Under the pieces are notes generated by a model. It searched no databases, was not told the origin of the DNA, and worked only from the letters and a program-made list of their open reading frames with translations. A stretch of 63,720 nucleotides of DNA from a virus. Its lineage: Duplodnaviria > Caudoviricetes. Made by a program: the position numbers and the translations under genes. Location: positions 1 to 63,720 of the IMG/VR virus record IMGVR_UViG_3300050015_000317, one strand, 5' to 3'. Shown here in pieces: positions 27,541 through 37,986 of the stretch; the first letter of the stretch is position 1, and each line of letters opens with the position of its first letter.

Positions 27541-28218
27541 ATGAGTGTTGGATTTGATCTGAAGAACGAGAAGCAGACTACGAAGCGCGTCTATTACACC
27601 GGCTCCAGCGCCCTGAAGGCGGGCTACTGCCTGTGCTACAACCGGGACAGCAACACCGGCGCGACGACCACGAGCGTTGACTACGCTCGTGCCCGAGAGG
27701 TCGAGAAGCCCGCGACCGCGAACCTGCCGTACTTTGCCGGCGTCGTGGAGTCCGGCTGCGAGATCACCGGCCCCGGCTGGATCGAGATCATCGAGCCGAA
27801 GAAGGGCATGTTGGCCGAGGTGTGGAGCGACGTGAGTTCCACGCTGGGCACGACCCATCTGGCCATCACCAATGGTTCCTATGCGGTGGTTGCCAACACC
27901 ACGGGTACGGTCTGTGTCGGTCGAGCCATGCAGACGATTGACACGGACACCACGAACGCCCGCGTTCTGGCCGAACTGTCCGGCGTCGGCGGGGCGTTGG
28001 TCACACAGACTGGCGCGGCCGTTACAAAGGTTGCCGGTTCAACCACCGGCGGCGTTGTGGCGTTGGCTGGGTTGACTGCCGCAGTGGGCGGCGTCGGCGC
28101 TACGGCCAATAAGTCCGCCTTCTCCGGCGACATGGCGATTCTGGCCAAGGCCATCAACGCGGTCATCGTGGACCAGGCGGCTGTCATCGCGGCTCTCAAG
28201 ACCAACAACCTGATGTAG
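27541..28218 (+). CDS. Putative capsid decoration/cement protein
   Basis: Follows the capsid gene; Gly/Ala/Thr-rich; ends INAVI...LKTNNLM like head-fibre tails. Confidence 0.6.
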   Translation: MSVGFDLKNEKQTTKRVYYTGSSALKAGYCLCYNRDSNTGATTTSVDYARAREVEKPATANLPYFAGVVESGCEITGPGWIEIIEPKKGMLAEVWSDVSSTLGTTHLAITNGSYAVVANTTGTVCVGRAMQTIDTDTTNARVLAELSGVGGALVTQTGAAVTKVAGSTTGGVVALAGLTAAVGGVGATANKSAFSGDMAILAKAINAVIVDQAAVIAALKTNNLM

Positions 28219-28355
28219 TCCAAGTCATCAACCGCGCCGTTTGCAGGGGAGAAACGGCGCGGGATAGTTCAATGCGGAACGGGAGCGGTTTGAGGGGGCC
28301 GCTCCCGCCCGCGAACGTGAGTTTTCCTGCCTGACCGAGTTTCTTGGAGAAGAAA

Positions 28356-31271
28356 ATGCCCCTGCTTAGGAAAGTAACCCCCTCCGAATTTGGACTGATC
28401 CCGTTGCAAGGCATGGCGCAGAAACATGCGTTCCTGTGCTGCCCAGGCCCTTCACTGGCAAACGTGGATACGACATTGCTTCACGCCCCCGGCGCGATGG
28501 TGCTGGCAATCAATACTGCTTACCCCAAGGTCAAGCCTGACCTGTGGATCGGCATGGACTCGCCGCCGTCGTATGACCCAAACTTGTGGTGGGAACCGTT
28601 CCCCAAGATTTGCGGCGACCGCTACCTTCATTCGATGGTCAACGGCGCTCCGCTGGCCGACGTGCCCAATGTCCATTTCATTCAGGGACAGGGCGACGTG
28701 AAGCCGTGGCAAATGCCTCACATGCTGGGCCTGAATGACAGGATTCTATGGGCGCAGCCGTACCCAAGTACGTTCATGGTCGCGCTGCACGCCTTGATGA
28801 TGGCGGGCGCGAAGGCCATCTATCTCGTCGGCTGCGACTTTGGCGGCACGAGCGACTATCACGACGGGCGCGTGCTGTCGGACGACAAGCGCACCCGCAA
28901 CCGAATTTTGATGAAGGCCATCGTTTACGACATGTTCGGCGTCGCGACTGAGGCCAAGGCTATTGGTATCGACATTATCAGTTGCACCGCCGATTCGCCG
29001 GTCAACACCTTCATCCCGTACATGACCATCGACCAGGCGCGGGAGAACATTGCCAAGTCCATCCCGCAGCCGGTATTCGACAAGGTGCTGGACGGTGGCG
29101 AGGCCGAGTCGTGCGAGTGGTTGATCGACGCGCCCAAGGCCCCGCGTGGCGTTGTCACGGCCAGCGACAAGAACCAGGAGTGGCTTCTGCCGTGGTGGTA
29201 CGCGAACCTGCGCCGCCACAACCCCGATATCCCGGTCTGCTTCGTGGATTACGGGCTGACGGACGAGGGCCGCAAGTGGTGCATGGAACACGGTTCAATG
29301 CTCCAGCTTGGCGGGCAGATGCCGCAAGGACTTGTCTGGTTCCGCAAACCGCTGTGCCTGCTGAAATCACCGTTCGAGACAACGGTGTGGATCGACTTAG
29401 ATTGCGAGATTCGCGGCAACATCACCCCGTGGCTGGATTCGGCTGCGAACGGGTTGGTACTGACCGAAGACCAGCACAACCCGTGGTGCAAGCAGTACCG
29501 TGAAGTTCCGCTTCAATCCGGCGTTGTAGGCGTCAAGAAGGGCAACCCTCTCGTATCGAAGTGGATGGAGGCGATCTTCCAGCGCCCCGGCGAGTTCAGA
29601 GGCGACCAGGAGGCCCTGAATTACATCGTGGCGAAGATGGACGCCAAGATAGTCATCCTGCCTGCTGAATACCAATGGCTGCGGCTGGCAGGCGATCCGC
29701 CCGCAAACGCCGTCGTGGTTCACTGGACGGGCGTTGAAGGTAAGGCCATCATCAAGGCACAGATTGCGGCGAACGCGGCAAAGCCCGCCGTTCCTGCCGA
29801 ACGGCCGCTCGTTTCAATCCTAATGTCCGCCTACAACGCCGACAGGTGGATCGGCGAGGCCATCGAGTCCTGCCGAAAGCAGACGTACCAGAATTGGGAA
29901 CTGATCGTTGTGGATGACGGCAGCAAGACGCCCGTTGTCTATTCCGGCGATTCTCGCGTGACTGTTCATCGCACGGATAACCGTGGTCAGTATGCCGCTC
30001 TGAATCTGGCATGGTCATTGGCTAAGGGCCAGTACGTTGCGCGGCTGGACGCTGATGACATGCAGGACTCGACGCGACTGGCCAAGCAGGTCGCGTACCT
30101 GGAGGCCCACCGCGACACGGATATCGTTACAACGGGCGCGAGGCTGACCGACGAGGCCGGTAGTGACAAAGGGTTGCACCAATACTTCGGCGCGATGGAT
30201 ACGGCGTCTTATTTAGCCGGTTCCTTGAAACATCCGGTCAACGCCTCACAAATGGCGCGTCATTCTGTGTGGGAAACGGTCATGCCGCTGGACCCCAAGT
30301 ACACTCACATGGGTGATTGCGAGTGGAACATCAAGGCGATTGTGGCGGGTTGTCGGTCATGGGGGCATATCGCGGAACCGTTGTACGTCTACCGCCGACA
30401 TGCCGGTTCCCAGTCGTTGTGTGGTGCGAACAAGTGTTTGGAACAACATGCGGAATTACTAAAGCGATACACGGCAAAGTCCAAACTCTCCATTCTGACG
30501 TGCATATCCGGGCGGCCGGAACTGTACCGAAATCACTTGACGGCGCTGGCGGCTTGTTCAGGCGAGGCAGACATCGAGTATTGCGTTGGCCTGTTCGGCG
30601 ACATCACGACCCAGCCGCACTACCTCCGAGAGTTCGAGGCTAAGTTCGAGGGCGGCGTCAAGGTCGCGCGGATCGAGTCAACAGACTCGCTTGCACAGCT
30701 TCACGCACAGAACGCGGCGTTGCAGTTGGTTACAAACGACCGCGTACTGGTGATCGGTTCCGAGATCAAGGTTGCGCCTGGCGTTCTGGCTGACGCGGCG
30801 CGAGTGCCGGAAAAGACGGCTGTGTTCTACGGCGTCCACAACAGCGCCGATGGCCGGTCCTATATCGGGACGAAGCGGAAGATTGCCCTGTCATTTGCAA
30901 TGGCGATCCATCGGCAAGATTTGGTGGCCATTGGCGGTTGGGACTTGGCCTATGCCCACGGCACCTGCTTTGATGACAACGACTTGTCGGCAAGGCTCCT
31001 AGTGTCCGGCGTGACGTTCCGGTGGAACTTCGGGCTGGAGTGCGTGCATCAATCGCACCCGCCAGCAAGTAGCGGGTCTACGCGACAGGAGGAATGGGCG
31101 CGCAATAACGGAATCTGGCAATCCCGCCTCAATGGGTATCGCGGTCCGCTTTGGCCACTGTGTTCCGACAATAGCCAGTTGATTCATGCCCCGGAGATTG
31201 GCGACGGGATTGAGCAGCAGGCCGCGCTTCGAGCCGCGCTGATCGAGCGGGGGTACAGGGCGAAATGGTAA
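28356..31271 (+). CDS. Multidomain glycosyltransferase (Maf/DUF115-like + GT8-like + two GT-A/GT2-like domains)
   Basis: CPGPSL and IYLVGCDF; WIDLDCE, SGVV, GDQEAL; VSILMSAYN, VVDDGS, RLDADD; IGGWD...DDND. Confidence 0.85.
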   Translation: MPLLRKVTPSEFGLIPLQGMAQKHAFLCCPGPSLANVDTTLLHAPGAMVLAINTAYPKVKPDLWIGMDSPPSYDPNLWWEPFPKICGDRYLHSMVNGAPLADVPNVHFIQGQGDVKPWQMPHMLGLNDRILWAQPYPSTFMVALHALMMAGAKAIYLVGCDFGGTSDYHDGRVLSDDKRTRNRILMKAIVYDMFGVATEAKAIGIDIISCTADSPVNTFIPYMTIDQARENIAKSIPQPVFDKVLDGGEAESCEWLIDAPKAPRGVVTASDKNQEWLLPWWYANLRRHNPDIPVCFVDYGLTDEGRKWCMEHGSMLQLGGQMPQGLVWFRKPLCLLKSPFETTVWIDLDCEIRGNITPWLDSAANGLVLTEDQHNPWCKQYREVPLQSGVVGVKKGNPLVSKWMEAIFQRPGEFRGDQEALNYIVAKMDAKIVILPAEYQWLRLAGDPPANAVVVHWTGVEGKAIIKAQIAANAAKPAVPAERPLVSILMSAYNADRWIGEAIESCRKQTYQNWELIVVDDGSKTPVVYSGDSRVTVHRTDNRGQYAALNLAWSLAKGQYVARLDADDMQDSTRLAKQVAYLEAHRDTDIVTTGARLTDEAGSDKGLHQYFGAMDTASYLAGSLKHPVNASQMARHSVWETVMPLDPKYTHMGDCEWNIKAIVAGCRSWGHIAEPLYVYRRHAGSQSLCGANKCLEQHAELLKRYTAKSKLSILTCISGRPELYRNHLTALAACSGEADIEYCVGLFGDITTQPHYLREFEAKFEGGVKVARIESTDSLAQLHAQNAALQLVTNDRVLVIGSEIKVAPGVLADAARVPEKTAVFYGVHNSADGRSYIGTKRKIALSFAMAIHRQDLVAIGGWDLAYAHGTCFDDNDLSARLLVSGVTFRWNFGLECVHQSHPPASSGSTRQEEWARNNGIWQSRLNGYRGPLWPLCSDNSQLIHAPEIGDGIEQQAALRAALIERGYRAKW

Positions 31272-32251
31272 TCACATTCGTATCTGTGTTCGACCCTGCC
31301 GCGTGCAGCCGACAGTGGTGTGAGGCGATCAACGCCTTGACGCCCCACAAGGCGTACAACGTCGTCTACTATTCGACCTACGTCAATGGCGGACAGGACG
31401 CGATTCTTCCGAAGGAGCAGGACAAAGTCGCGGCGATCATCAAGGAAACCGACATCCTTGTGTGTTCGCCCGGCCAGGACCACGGGCACTTCGGGGCGGG
31501 CGGGGCCGCTTCGATGGACCCGGCAAGTCCCGCCTGCACCTATGACGGCCCGCACCTGCCGGTTCTCGGAACGACCTGGGCGCAGTTGAACAAGCCGATC
31601 ATTATCTGGCTCTGGGGCGCGATGGGTATTCGCTGCCACTTGAGGCAGTTCCACGAGGCATTTGACCGTTGGCCGACGTGGGCAAGTGACGAGGATATCG
31701 CCGTGGAGGGTGGATGGCCCTGTGGAGTTACGGTTCGCTACCTGCCGTGGATTGCTCCAGATATTCCAAAGCAGGACGGCTTCGTGATTTCGCACACGGC
31801 TTCCGACCCGCGAATCAAGAACACGTCCGAACTGATGGCCGCCTGTTCGGAGAATCCAGGCGCGACTGTTGACTTGATAAGCGGCCTGCCATTCCGCGAC
31901 GCCGTCGCCCGCAAGGCGTCCAGTCACCTTCACTTCGACCACATGCAGGGCTACACGGGCGGGGCGACGTGGGAATCGACCGCAATGGGGTTGCCGAACA
32001 TCGTGGGCCTACACCGGAAGGACTATCGGGACGCCCGCATGAAGGCGTGGCAAACTGACACGTTGCCGCCGTGGTACATCTGCCGAACCAAGGATGACGT
32101 GTCAAGCGTAATCGGCGAGTGCCTGCGAGACCCGCTGGCGATGCAGCAGAGGGGAACGGCCTGCAAGAAGTGGCACGACGACCACTTCAAGGTGGGGGAG
32201 TTTGTAGAACGCTTCTTCATCCAACCCGCGACCCAAGGACGGATCATCTAA
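31265..32251 (+). CDS. Putative GT-B glycosyltransferase
   Basis: SHTASDPRIKNT, FDHM, ESTAMGLPNI motifs. Confidence 0.65.
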   Translation: MVITFVSVFDPAACSRQWCEAINALTPHKAYNVVYYSTYVNGGQDAILPKEQDKVAAIIKETDILVCSPGQDHGHFGAGGAASMDPASPACTYDGPHLPVLGTTWAQLNKPIIIWLWGAMGIRCHLRQFHEAFDRWPTWASDEDIAVEGGWPCGVTVRYLPWIAPDIPKQDGFVISHTASDPRIKNTSELMAACSENPGATVDLISGLPFRDAVARKASSHLHFDHMQGYTGGATWESTAMGLPNIVGLHRKDYRDARMKAWQTDTLPPWYICRTKDDVSSVIGECLRDPLAMQQRGTACKKWHDDHFKVGEFVERFFIQPATQGRII

Positions 32252-33204
32252 TGGCTCTCCCCGAAGGCTATGTGTCCGCTTCCGTGCTTCCGGCCAAGCT
32301 GCTCCAGTGCCAGGACGCCGTGCAGAACGGCAAGATCGTGCCGTACCACCTGCAACTTGTGCCCACCAACGCCTGCAATGGACATTGCCCCTGGTGCTGC
32401 TGCGCCAAGGTGAACCGATCCGAGACGATGCCCTACGCCGAAGTATGCGAGGTCCTGCATCACTTCTGGGGGCTGGGTAGTCGCGCCGTGACTCTGACTG
32501 GCGGCGGCGATCCGACTTGCCATCCGCGCCTGTTCGACATAGTGGCAGAGGCTAAGTCCATCGGCTACGACGTGGCCATGATTACCAACGGGCTTCTGTT
32601 GGCCAAGGGCGAGGAATTCCTGCCGATCAACGGCAAGTTGACGTGGATGCGACTGTCGCTAAACGACACGGAATCCGGCAACTACCCGATGGATCGGATT
32701 CGCCGCATCTGCCGCAATCTGCCTGACGTGGAGATCGGACTGAGTTTCGCTGTGACCAAGAACGTGTCGTTCAAGACGGCCGCCGAAGTGGCGGCGCTGG
32801 CCAATGAGATTCCAAACCTGACGCACGTTCGCTACACCGAGGATATCGTGGCCTACGCGCCTGAGCAGATAGAGCTTGTGCGGGGCGTCTGCCAGAACAT
32901 CACAGACAAGGGCATCTACCAGCCGCGCCACAACGGCGAGCGAGGCCCGCGAGAGTGCTGGGTGTCCCGCCTAAAGCCGCTGGTGGACCCACGAGGCTTC
33001 ATGTTCCCGTGCTGCGGCGTCCAGTACGCGCAGGATGGGCACGAGGCGCAGGAGTTCTCCGACGACTTCAAGATGTGCCATTGGCGCGACTTCCACAAGG
33101 GCGTCGTCTTTAACGGGAGTATCTGCGACAAATGTTACTTCAACGACTACAACCGAGTTCTGGCTTTGCGCCTGGCGAAACTGGCGCACCCCAAGTTCCT
33201 GTAG
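32251..33204 (+). CDS. Radical SAM protein with SPASM/twitch-like C-terminus
   Basis: CNGHCPWC, LTGGGDP, ITNG, PCC...CDKC. Confidence 0.88.
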   Translation: MALPEGYVSASVLPAKLLQCQDAVQNGKIVPYHLQLVPTNACNGHCPWCCCAKVNRSETMPYAEVCEVLHHFWGLGSRAVTLTGGGDPTCHPRLFDIVAEAKSIGYDVAMITNGLLLAKGEEFLPINGKLTWMRLSLNDTESGNYPMDRIRRICRNLPDVEIGLSFAVTKNVSFKTAAEVAALANEIPNLTHVRYTEDIVAYAPEQIELVRGVCQNITDKGIYQPRHNGERGPRECWVSRLKPLVDPRGFMFPCCGVQYAQDGHEAQEFSDDFKMCHWRDFHKGVVFNGSICDKCYFNDYNRVLALRLAKLAHPKFL

Positions 33205-33671
33205 GACAGACCCTATTCGATCCGGTCGCATGTTCGACCCACAAGGTGATGCTTGGGCTATGCGTGGCCCGCACTACTGGTCCGGTTCTGGAACTGGGTT
33301 GCGGGTATGGCTCGACGCCTTTCCTGCACGAACTCTGCGGCCATCGTCCGTTGCTGACCGTGGACACGAGCGCGGAGTGGCTGGCCCTGTTCGCCTCCAT
33401 GCAAAGCGATACGCACAAATTCCAATCGTGGCAGGGCGTTCCGGCCGGCGAGTGGGACGTGGTTCTGGTGGACAGCACACTTCCTGAGCGGCTGGAAGCC
33501 CTGGACGGTCTGCGCAATCGCGCTCGCCTGATAGTCCTGCACGATAGCGAGAACGAGACGAGGGACTACAGGGATTTGCTGCGGCGATATGCTTTCCGGT
33601 ACGACGACACCAGCACGATCCCCAACACGTCCGTCCTGAGCATGGTGGATGACCTTCAATGGCTGAAATGA
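33132..33671 (+). CDS. Class I SAM-dependent methyltransferase-like protein (start uncertain: 33132 or 33249)
   Basis: VLELGCGYGST, VVLVD, IVLHDSE. Confidence 0.75.
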   Translation: MLLQRLQPSSGFAPGETGAPQVPVGQTLFDPVACSTHKVMLGLCVARTTGPVLELGCGYGSTPFLHELCGHRPLLTVDTSAEWLALFASMQSDTHKFQSWQGVPAGEWDVVLVDSTLPERLEALDGLRNRARLIVLHDSENETRDYRDLLRRYAFRYDDTSTIPNTSVLSMVDDLQWLK

Positions 33672-33858
33672 ACAACCTTCAATGCGAGTTCTCCGCGTTC
33701 TGCGGGGCCGCTGACCAATGTGGAGGCGTCGATGATGGCCGTTGCGAACTTCGAGTACAGCACCTTTGCGGTCGTGATGATCGGGGCGGCACTGTTGCTG
33801 TTCCGCCTTTTGCGTGGCTACAGAATGCGCAGCCGGGGGGAGTAGTTTGAATCACCGC

Positions 33859-34611
33859 ATGACAATTCGCTGCCTGCCGAAGACCCGCGTCGCCGTCTCG
33901 CAGAGGACCGGCGACGATGGCGCCGTCCTGGCCGGCTGGCCCGGCGCGCGGTTCGTCGACAACGGCGACGGAACCGTGACGGACTACGCGCTCAATCCGC
34001 CTCTGGTCTGGGTCAAGCAGCCCGAGCTCATCATCCCCGGCGTGGAGGGCGAGGCCTCCGGCGCAATCCACGCGACCAACCAGGTCCAGCGGGCGCAGGG
34101 CAACTGGGCCGACTCGACCGCGTACCTCGCGGCCGACCTGGTCGCCCACAACTCCAAGTTCTGGGTGTGCATCGCGGCGCACACCGGGCCCGGAGACGCC
34201 TCGACCGACCCTGACACCGACGCCGTGCACTGGCGCAAGACTCTGTGGACCGGCTCGGCCGCCAACCTGACCACGGTTGCGACGATGATCTGGGCCGCCG
34301 CGACCGATAACTCGCTGATGCACTACTCGGGCGTGGGCCCGTGGTCGGCGTCCAACCCGCTAGGATGGCGGCTGCCCAACGTGCTGGAGTTCGCCTCGCT
34401 ACTTACTTGGTCGTTGGTTAATCCGGTGGACGTCACTCAATTTCCCAACAGCATCTCATCGGGCTCGTACTGGACCTCAACCGTGCGATCATCGCTGCCG
34501 AGCACGTGGGCGTATTATGTGTACACATCGAGCGCGGTCCAGATTTACCCGCAACTGATGAGCGCGGCGGCTTACGTCCGCCCCGTCCGAGGAGGGTTCG
34601 TCAATGGCTGA
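33859..34611 (+). CDS. DUF1566/Lcl (C-type lectin-like fold) protein with inserted carbohydrate-binding-like module
   Basis: RFVDNGDGTVTD, GWRLPNVLE, YWTST, YVRPVRGG; W..ST.Y...D.V.H...W.C...H insert. Confidence 0.8.
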   Translation: MTIRCLPKTRVAVSQRTGDDGAVLAGWPGARFVDNGDGTVTDYALNPPLVWVKQPELIIPGVEGEASGAIHATNQVQRAQGNWADSTAYLAADLVAHNSKFWVCIAAHTGPGDASTDPDTDAVHWRKTLWTGSAANLTTVATMIWAAATDNSLMHYSGVGPWSASNPLGWRLPNVLEFASLLTWSLVNPVDVTQFPNSISSGSYWTSTVRSSLPSTWAYYVYTSSAVQIYPQLMSAAAYVRPVRGGFVNG

Positions 34612-35242
34612 CCAGATTCGGGTACGATGGTATGAGACGGGCCGCGTGCTGGCGGCGCGACTGTACTCCAGCGACGGCAGAGTGTGGAGTACGCCCGCAA
34701 CGGCTGGCCTGACAGCCTTCACAAGCGCCAATGTCGCCAACTACAAGGTCGCGCTGGCTGAATCTCCAGCCAGCAGCTACATCTACACTGTCGCGTTTCC
34801 GGCCGCACCGGCTGGCATCTACGACGTTGAACTCTACCGCATCGCGTCGGCTGGCGGCACTCACGCGCTGGCTGACCCGCAACTGGCCGTCTATTCCCTG
34901 TGGTGGACAGGTTCAGCAGTCCAGACATTCCCGACTGGATTCGCTTCTGGAGTCCAGCAGACGGGCGACGCCTACGCCATCGTGTCCAGCGCCACCATCG
35001 GTAACAGCGCCATTAAGGTTGCGGTGGGAACTCCGATGCAGGCGGCAACGCCCGTCACGCTGGCGGCCAACGCCATCGGCTCCACGGCCATCTCCGCTGC
35101 GGGCGCGGCTGAAATTGCGGCCGCGACGTGGGACATTGCCCTGACGGGCCACACGGCGGCGGGAAGCGCGGGCGGGAAACTCACTACGGCCACGACACTC
35201 AAGACGATCAAGGTCTACAACCAAAGCCTTTCCAGCGAATAG
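34604..35242 (+). CDS. Virion structural protein
   Basis: Ala/Thr/Gly-rich; HTAAGSAGGKL motif. Confidence 0.65.
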   Translation: MADQIRVRWYETGRVLAARLYSSDGRVWSTPATAGLTAFTSANVANYKVALAESPASSYIYTVAFPAAPAGIYDVELYRIASAGGTHALADPQLAVYSLWWTGSAVQTFPTGFASGVQQTGDAYAIVSSATIGNSAIKVAVGTPMQAATPVTLAANAIGSTAISAAGAAEIAAATWDIALTGHTAAGSAGGKLTTATTLKTIKVYNQSLSSE

Positions 35243-35254
35243 GGCGGGGGAAGA

Positions 35255-36289
35255 ATGTCTACTCTCTACTTCCGATTCAAGGTCGATGATGTCGCCACGG
35301 ACGTGACCAGCGTGGTCCTGTCTGACCCGGCTGGCGCGTACGGCGTCAAGCGCAACGACACCAACGCGGTAGTCGTGGCGGATGCGACTGCGCTGACCAA
35401 GCAATCGACTGGCGTGTACTCGTACACGTTCACTGACCCAGCCTACGGGCTGACGTACACGTACTATGTCGAGTACGTCTACGATGGCGAGACATATTAC
35501 GAGCCGCACACCTTCACCGGGCCGGTCGCCTCGACCGGCAGCGCCTCGTTCAACTTCGGCAACCTGTGGCAGCGAATCGCCGCCTACATCTACGGCGGGA
35601 CTTCGTGGAGCGCCGCACAGACCACCGAGGCGAAGCAGGCCAGCAACGACGGCTATCTGGCCTACCTGAACGACAACCCAGCGGGCTGGACGTTCATGGC
35701 ACCGTCCGCGACCTTGGCGGTGACGGCTGGCTCTACCACTACGGCCCTGCCCACCGACTTTGGCGAACTGGTGGGCGGCTTCACGCTTCCGACTGCGGCG
35801 ACGGCCTACAACACGTCCATCGAATCACGGGGCGAAGGTTTTATCCGCGCCTACAACGCTTCAGGGATAACCGGGGGCTATCCTCTGTACTACGCCATCG
35901 TGCCGTCTGTGTTTGTGGCCGCGACTGGCCAGCGTAACGCGGTGCTGTGGGGGCCTCCGTGCGGCTCTAGTGTCAACATGAACTACCGCTATCGCGTCTA
36001 CGCGGCGGCGCTGGTCAACGACACCGACTATCCCTTGGGCGGCCAGGCGCACGCCATGACCATCCTGCAATCGGCGCTCCGTGTGGCCGAGCAGCGCAAG
36101 GGCGACGTGGAGGGCGTACAGAGTATGCTCTACTTCAAGATGTACCTGCCGCAGTCCATCACGCGGGACAACGCCCTGCGGCCGTCCAATCTGGGCTACA
36201 ACGGCGACGGGCCGGGCTATGGCGGCGGGCGGCATAGCTCGATGGACCGGCACTCGACTTTCACGTATGACGGAACTTCAATCCTCTAG
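35255..36289 (+). CDS. Head-tail adaptor-like structural protein
   Basis: ALPTDF, GYPLYYAI, YRYRV motifs typical of adaptor proteins; Ig-like N-terminus. Confidence 0.6.
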   Translation: MSTLYFRFKVDDVATDVTSVVLSDPAGAYGVKRNDTNAVVVADATALTKQSTGVYSYTFTDPAYGLTYTYYVEYVYDGETYYEPHTFTGPVASTGSASFNFGNLWQRIAAYIYGGTSWSAAQTTEAKQASNDGYLAYLNDNPAGWTFMAPSATLAVTAGSTTTALPTDFGELVGGFTLPTAATAYNTSIESRGEGFIRAYNASGITGGYPLYYAIVPSVFVAATGQRNAVLWGPPCGSSVNMNYRYRVYAAALVNDTDYPLGGQAHAMTILQSALRVAEQRKGDVEGVQSMLYFKMYLPQSITRDNALRPSNLGYNGDGPGYGGGRHSSMDRHSTFTYDGTSIL

Positions 36290-36300
36290 GGGGCATTCAC

Positions 36301-36687
36301 ATGCACAAGGACTATTTTCAGACTCCATCGGGCGGCGTGGTAGCGGGAACTTCGGGGTTCACTTCGATACTGACGTACAAGACCGATTGCAGCTACAAGT
36401 ACCTGTCGGCTCAGATCGGCACGGCGGGCCATTCGGCGGCCATTCGGATTCAGGTGCAGCCGAATCCCTCCGCTGGCTTCACGGCGTTTCTGTCGGGCAG
36501 CACGGATTGGACGACCGGCACAAACGACATGGGATTCGCCTCGTGCGACTTGTCCAAGCTCGCTGCGGGTTCTGCGGGTCTTATCAAGTGCATCAACATT
36601 GACGGCGCTCATGCCGTGCGCATTCAGGCGCAGGCGACGGGCGGCTCGGCCGTGGTGAAGATTTACGGCAACGTGACCAGCCGGTAA
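36301..36687 (+). CDS. Virion structural protein
   Basis: Beta-rich small protein in the structural operon. Confidence 0.6.
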   Translation: MHKDYFQTPSGGVVAGTSGFTSILTYKTDCSYKYLSAQIGTAGHSAAIRIQVQPNPSAGFTAFLSGSTDWTTGTNDMGFASCDLSKLAAGSAGLIKCINIDGAHAVRIQAQATGGSAVVKIYGNVTSR

Positions 36688-36716
36688 CGCCCTCAAGCGG
36701 GCATAGGAGATAGGCG

Positions 36717-37901
36717 ATGGCGACGATCAGAAACACCAAGTATGGTAATTGGTTCAAAGAGACGCTGGCCACGTTTGTTTGGGACACGATAACCGAAGGA
36801 GACCCTCCGTGGCCACTGCCAGGCGCAAGTGACACTGTAGTGGTTGTTCCTGGAGCCGGCGATTTATTGTTCTTTGGTCTCGACCGTCAGAACGTCACCG
36901 TAGAAGATGCGGTCACAATCTCTGCTTTGACGGTACAGGGGTGGTTATACGGTGTTCGACCGGCCGTGTTGACTGTCACTGGAAACGTCGTTGCTACCGA
37001 CGCTGCCGCCGACCTCGACACGCCGATCTCGGTTGGGGGCAATCTAAGCGTTGCGACACAGGCTAACACCGATGCGCTGCGTGAGGATATTACGCTGACA
37101 GGGCCTGAAGTAACTGTGAGTTTGGGAGGGGTTCCGCTTGGACATAGCGGGGTTGGATCGACTGAGTATGGCCTGTATGTCGCCAACGCAGGAGCTACGG
37201 GTGCTGGTGTAACTTTCGCCGAAGGGTTGGATCGGCTGGACATGGACGACCCTCGCGACGGTGCGATCACTATGATCACGGCAGGGGCCAAGTTCACCCT
37301 GGCCAGCGCGTCAACCAACAACCTTGGGCATTACACGCAGAGCAACGGCACCTGTGTTGACAACGGCGCAACGGTCAATGTCAACGGCAACCTGCTCATC
37401 ACAGGCGGCACGTTGACCTCGACCGGTACCTGGAACCTCGCCGCCAGCGCCAACATCTCCAACGCCACCGCCGCCAACAAGATCGCAACGTTCGGCGTCA
37501 ACGCGGGCGTCACCGCCACGCTGACCGACGACTTCCACGCGGGCAAACTGACGGGATCGGGAACCATCGTCCTTGCCGGATATGGGTTGACCGTGACGAC
37601 TTGGCAGTACACGGGTGCGTTGACCGTCAGCGCGACGGGCAACCTACCCGCCGTTCCGCAGGCGTACCCCGTTGGTTCTGTGACCATCAGCGCGGGGGCG
37701 ACCGCGACGTTGACCGGAAACCTATACGCCGTCGCCTGCACCAATGGCGGAACATTGACCAAGGGCGCATACAACCTGTATCTACCAGCGAGCGCGACTG
37801 GGGCGAATGGCGTTAGATATAAGCCGCTCTGGGGTGCCGGATCGAGTTTCGCTGGAGTGCACGGCGTCCACTTCCGCCCGAACGTCAACGTAGCGGCATA
37901 A
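36717..37901 (+). CDS. Putative tail spike/adhesin (beta-helix-like)
   Basis: Repetitive GxLTVT/GGTLT strands; RBS AGGAG. Confidence 0.65.
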   Translation: MATIRNTKYGNWFKETLATFVWDTITEGDPPWPLPGASDTVVVVPGAGDLLFFGLDRQNVTVEDAVTISALTVQGWLYGVRPAVLTVTGNVVATDAAADLDTPISVGGNLSVATQANTDALREDITLTGPEVTVSLGGVPLGHSGVGSTEYGLYVANAGATGAGVTFAEGLDRLDMDDPRDGAITMITAGAKFTLASASTNNLGHYTQSNGTCVDNGATVNVNGNLLITGGTLTSTGTWNLAASANISNATAANKIATFGVNAGVTATLTDDFHAGKLTGSGTIVLAGYGLTVTTWQYTGALTVSATGNLPAVPQAYPVGSVTISAGATATLTGNLYAVACTNGGTLTKGAYNLYLPASATGANGVRYKPLWGAGSSFAGVHGVHFRPNVNVAA

Positions 37902-37986
37902 TCAGCATCGCGTAAATTTACTCAACACGTCTCGCAAATTCACGTCTGCCCGTGGCAGACAGAATCAAACCTCAAAGGAGAGGAAA

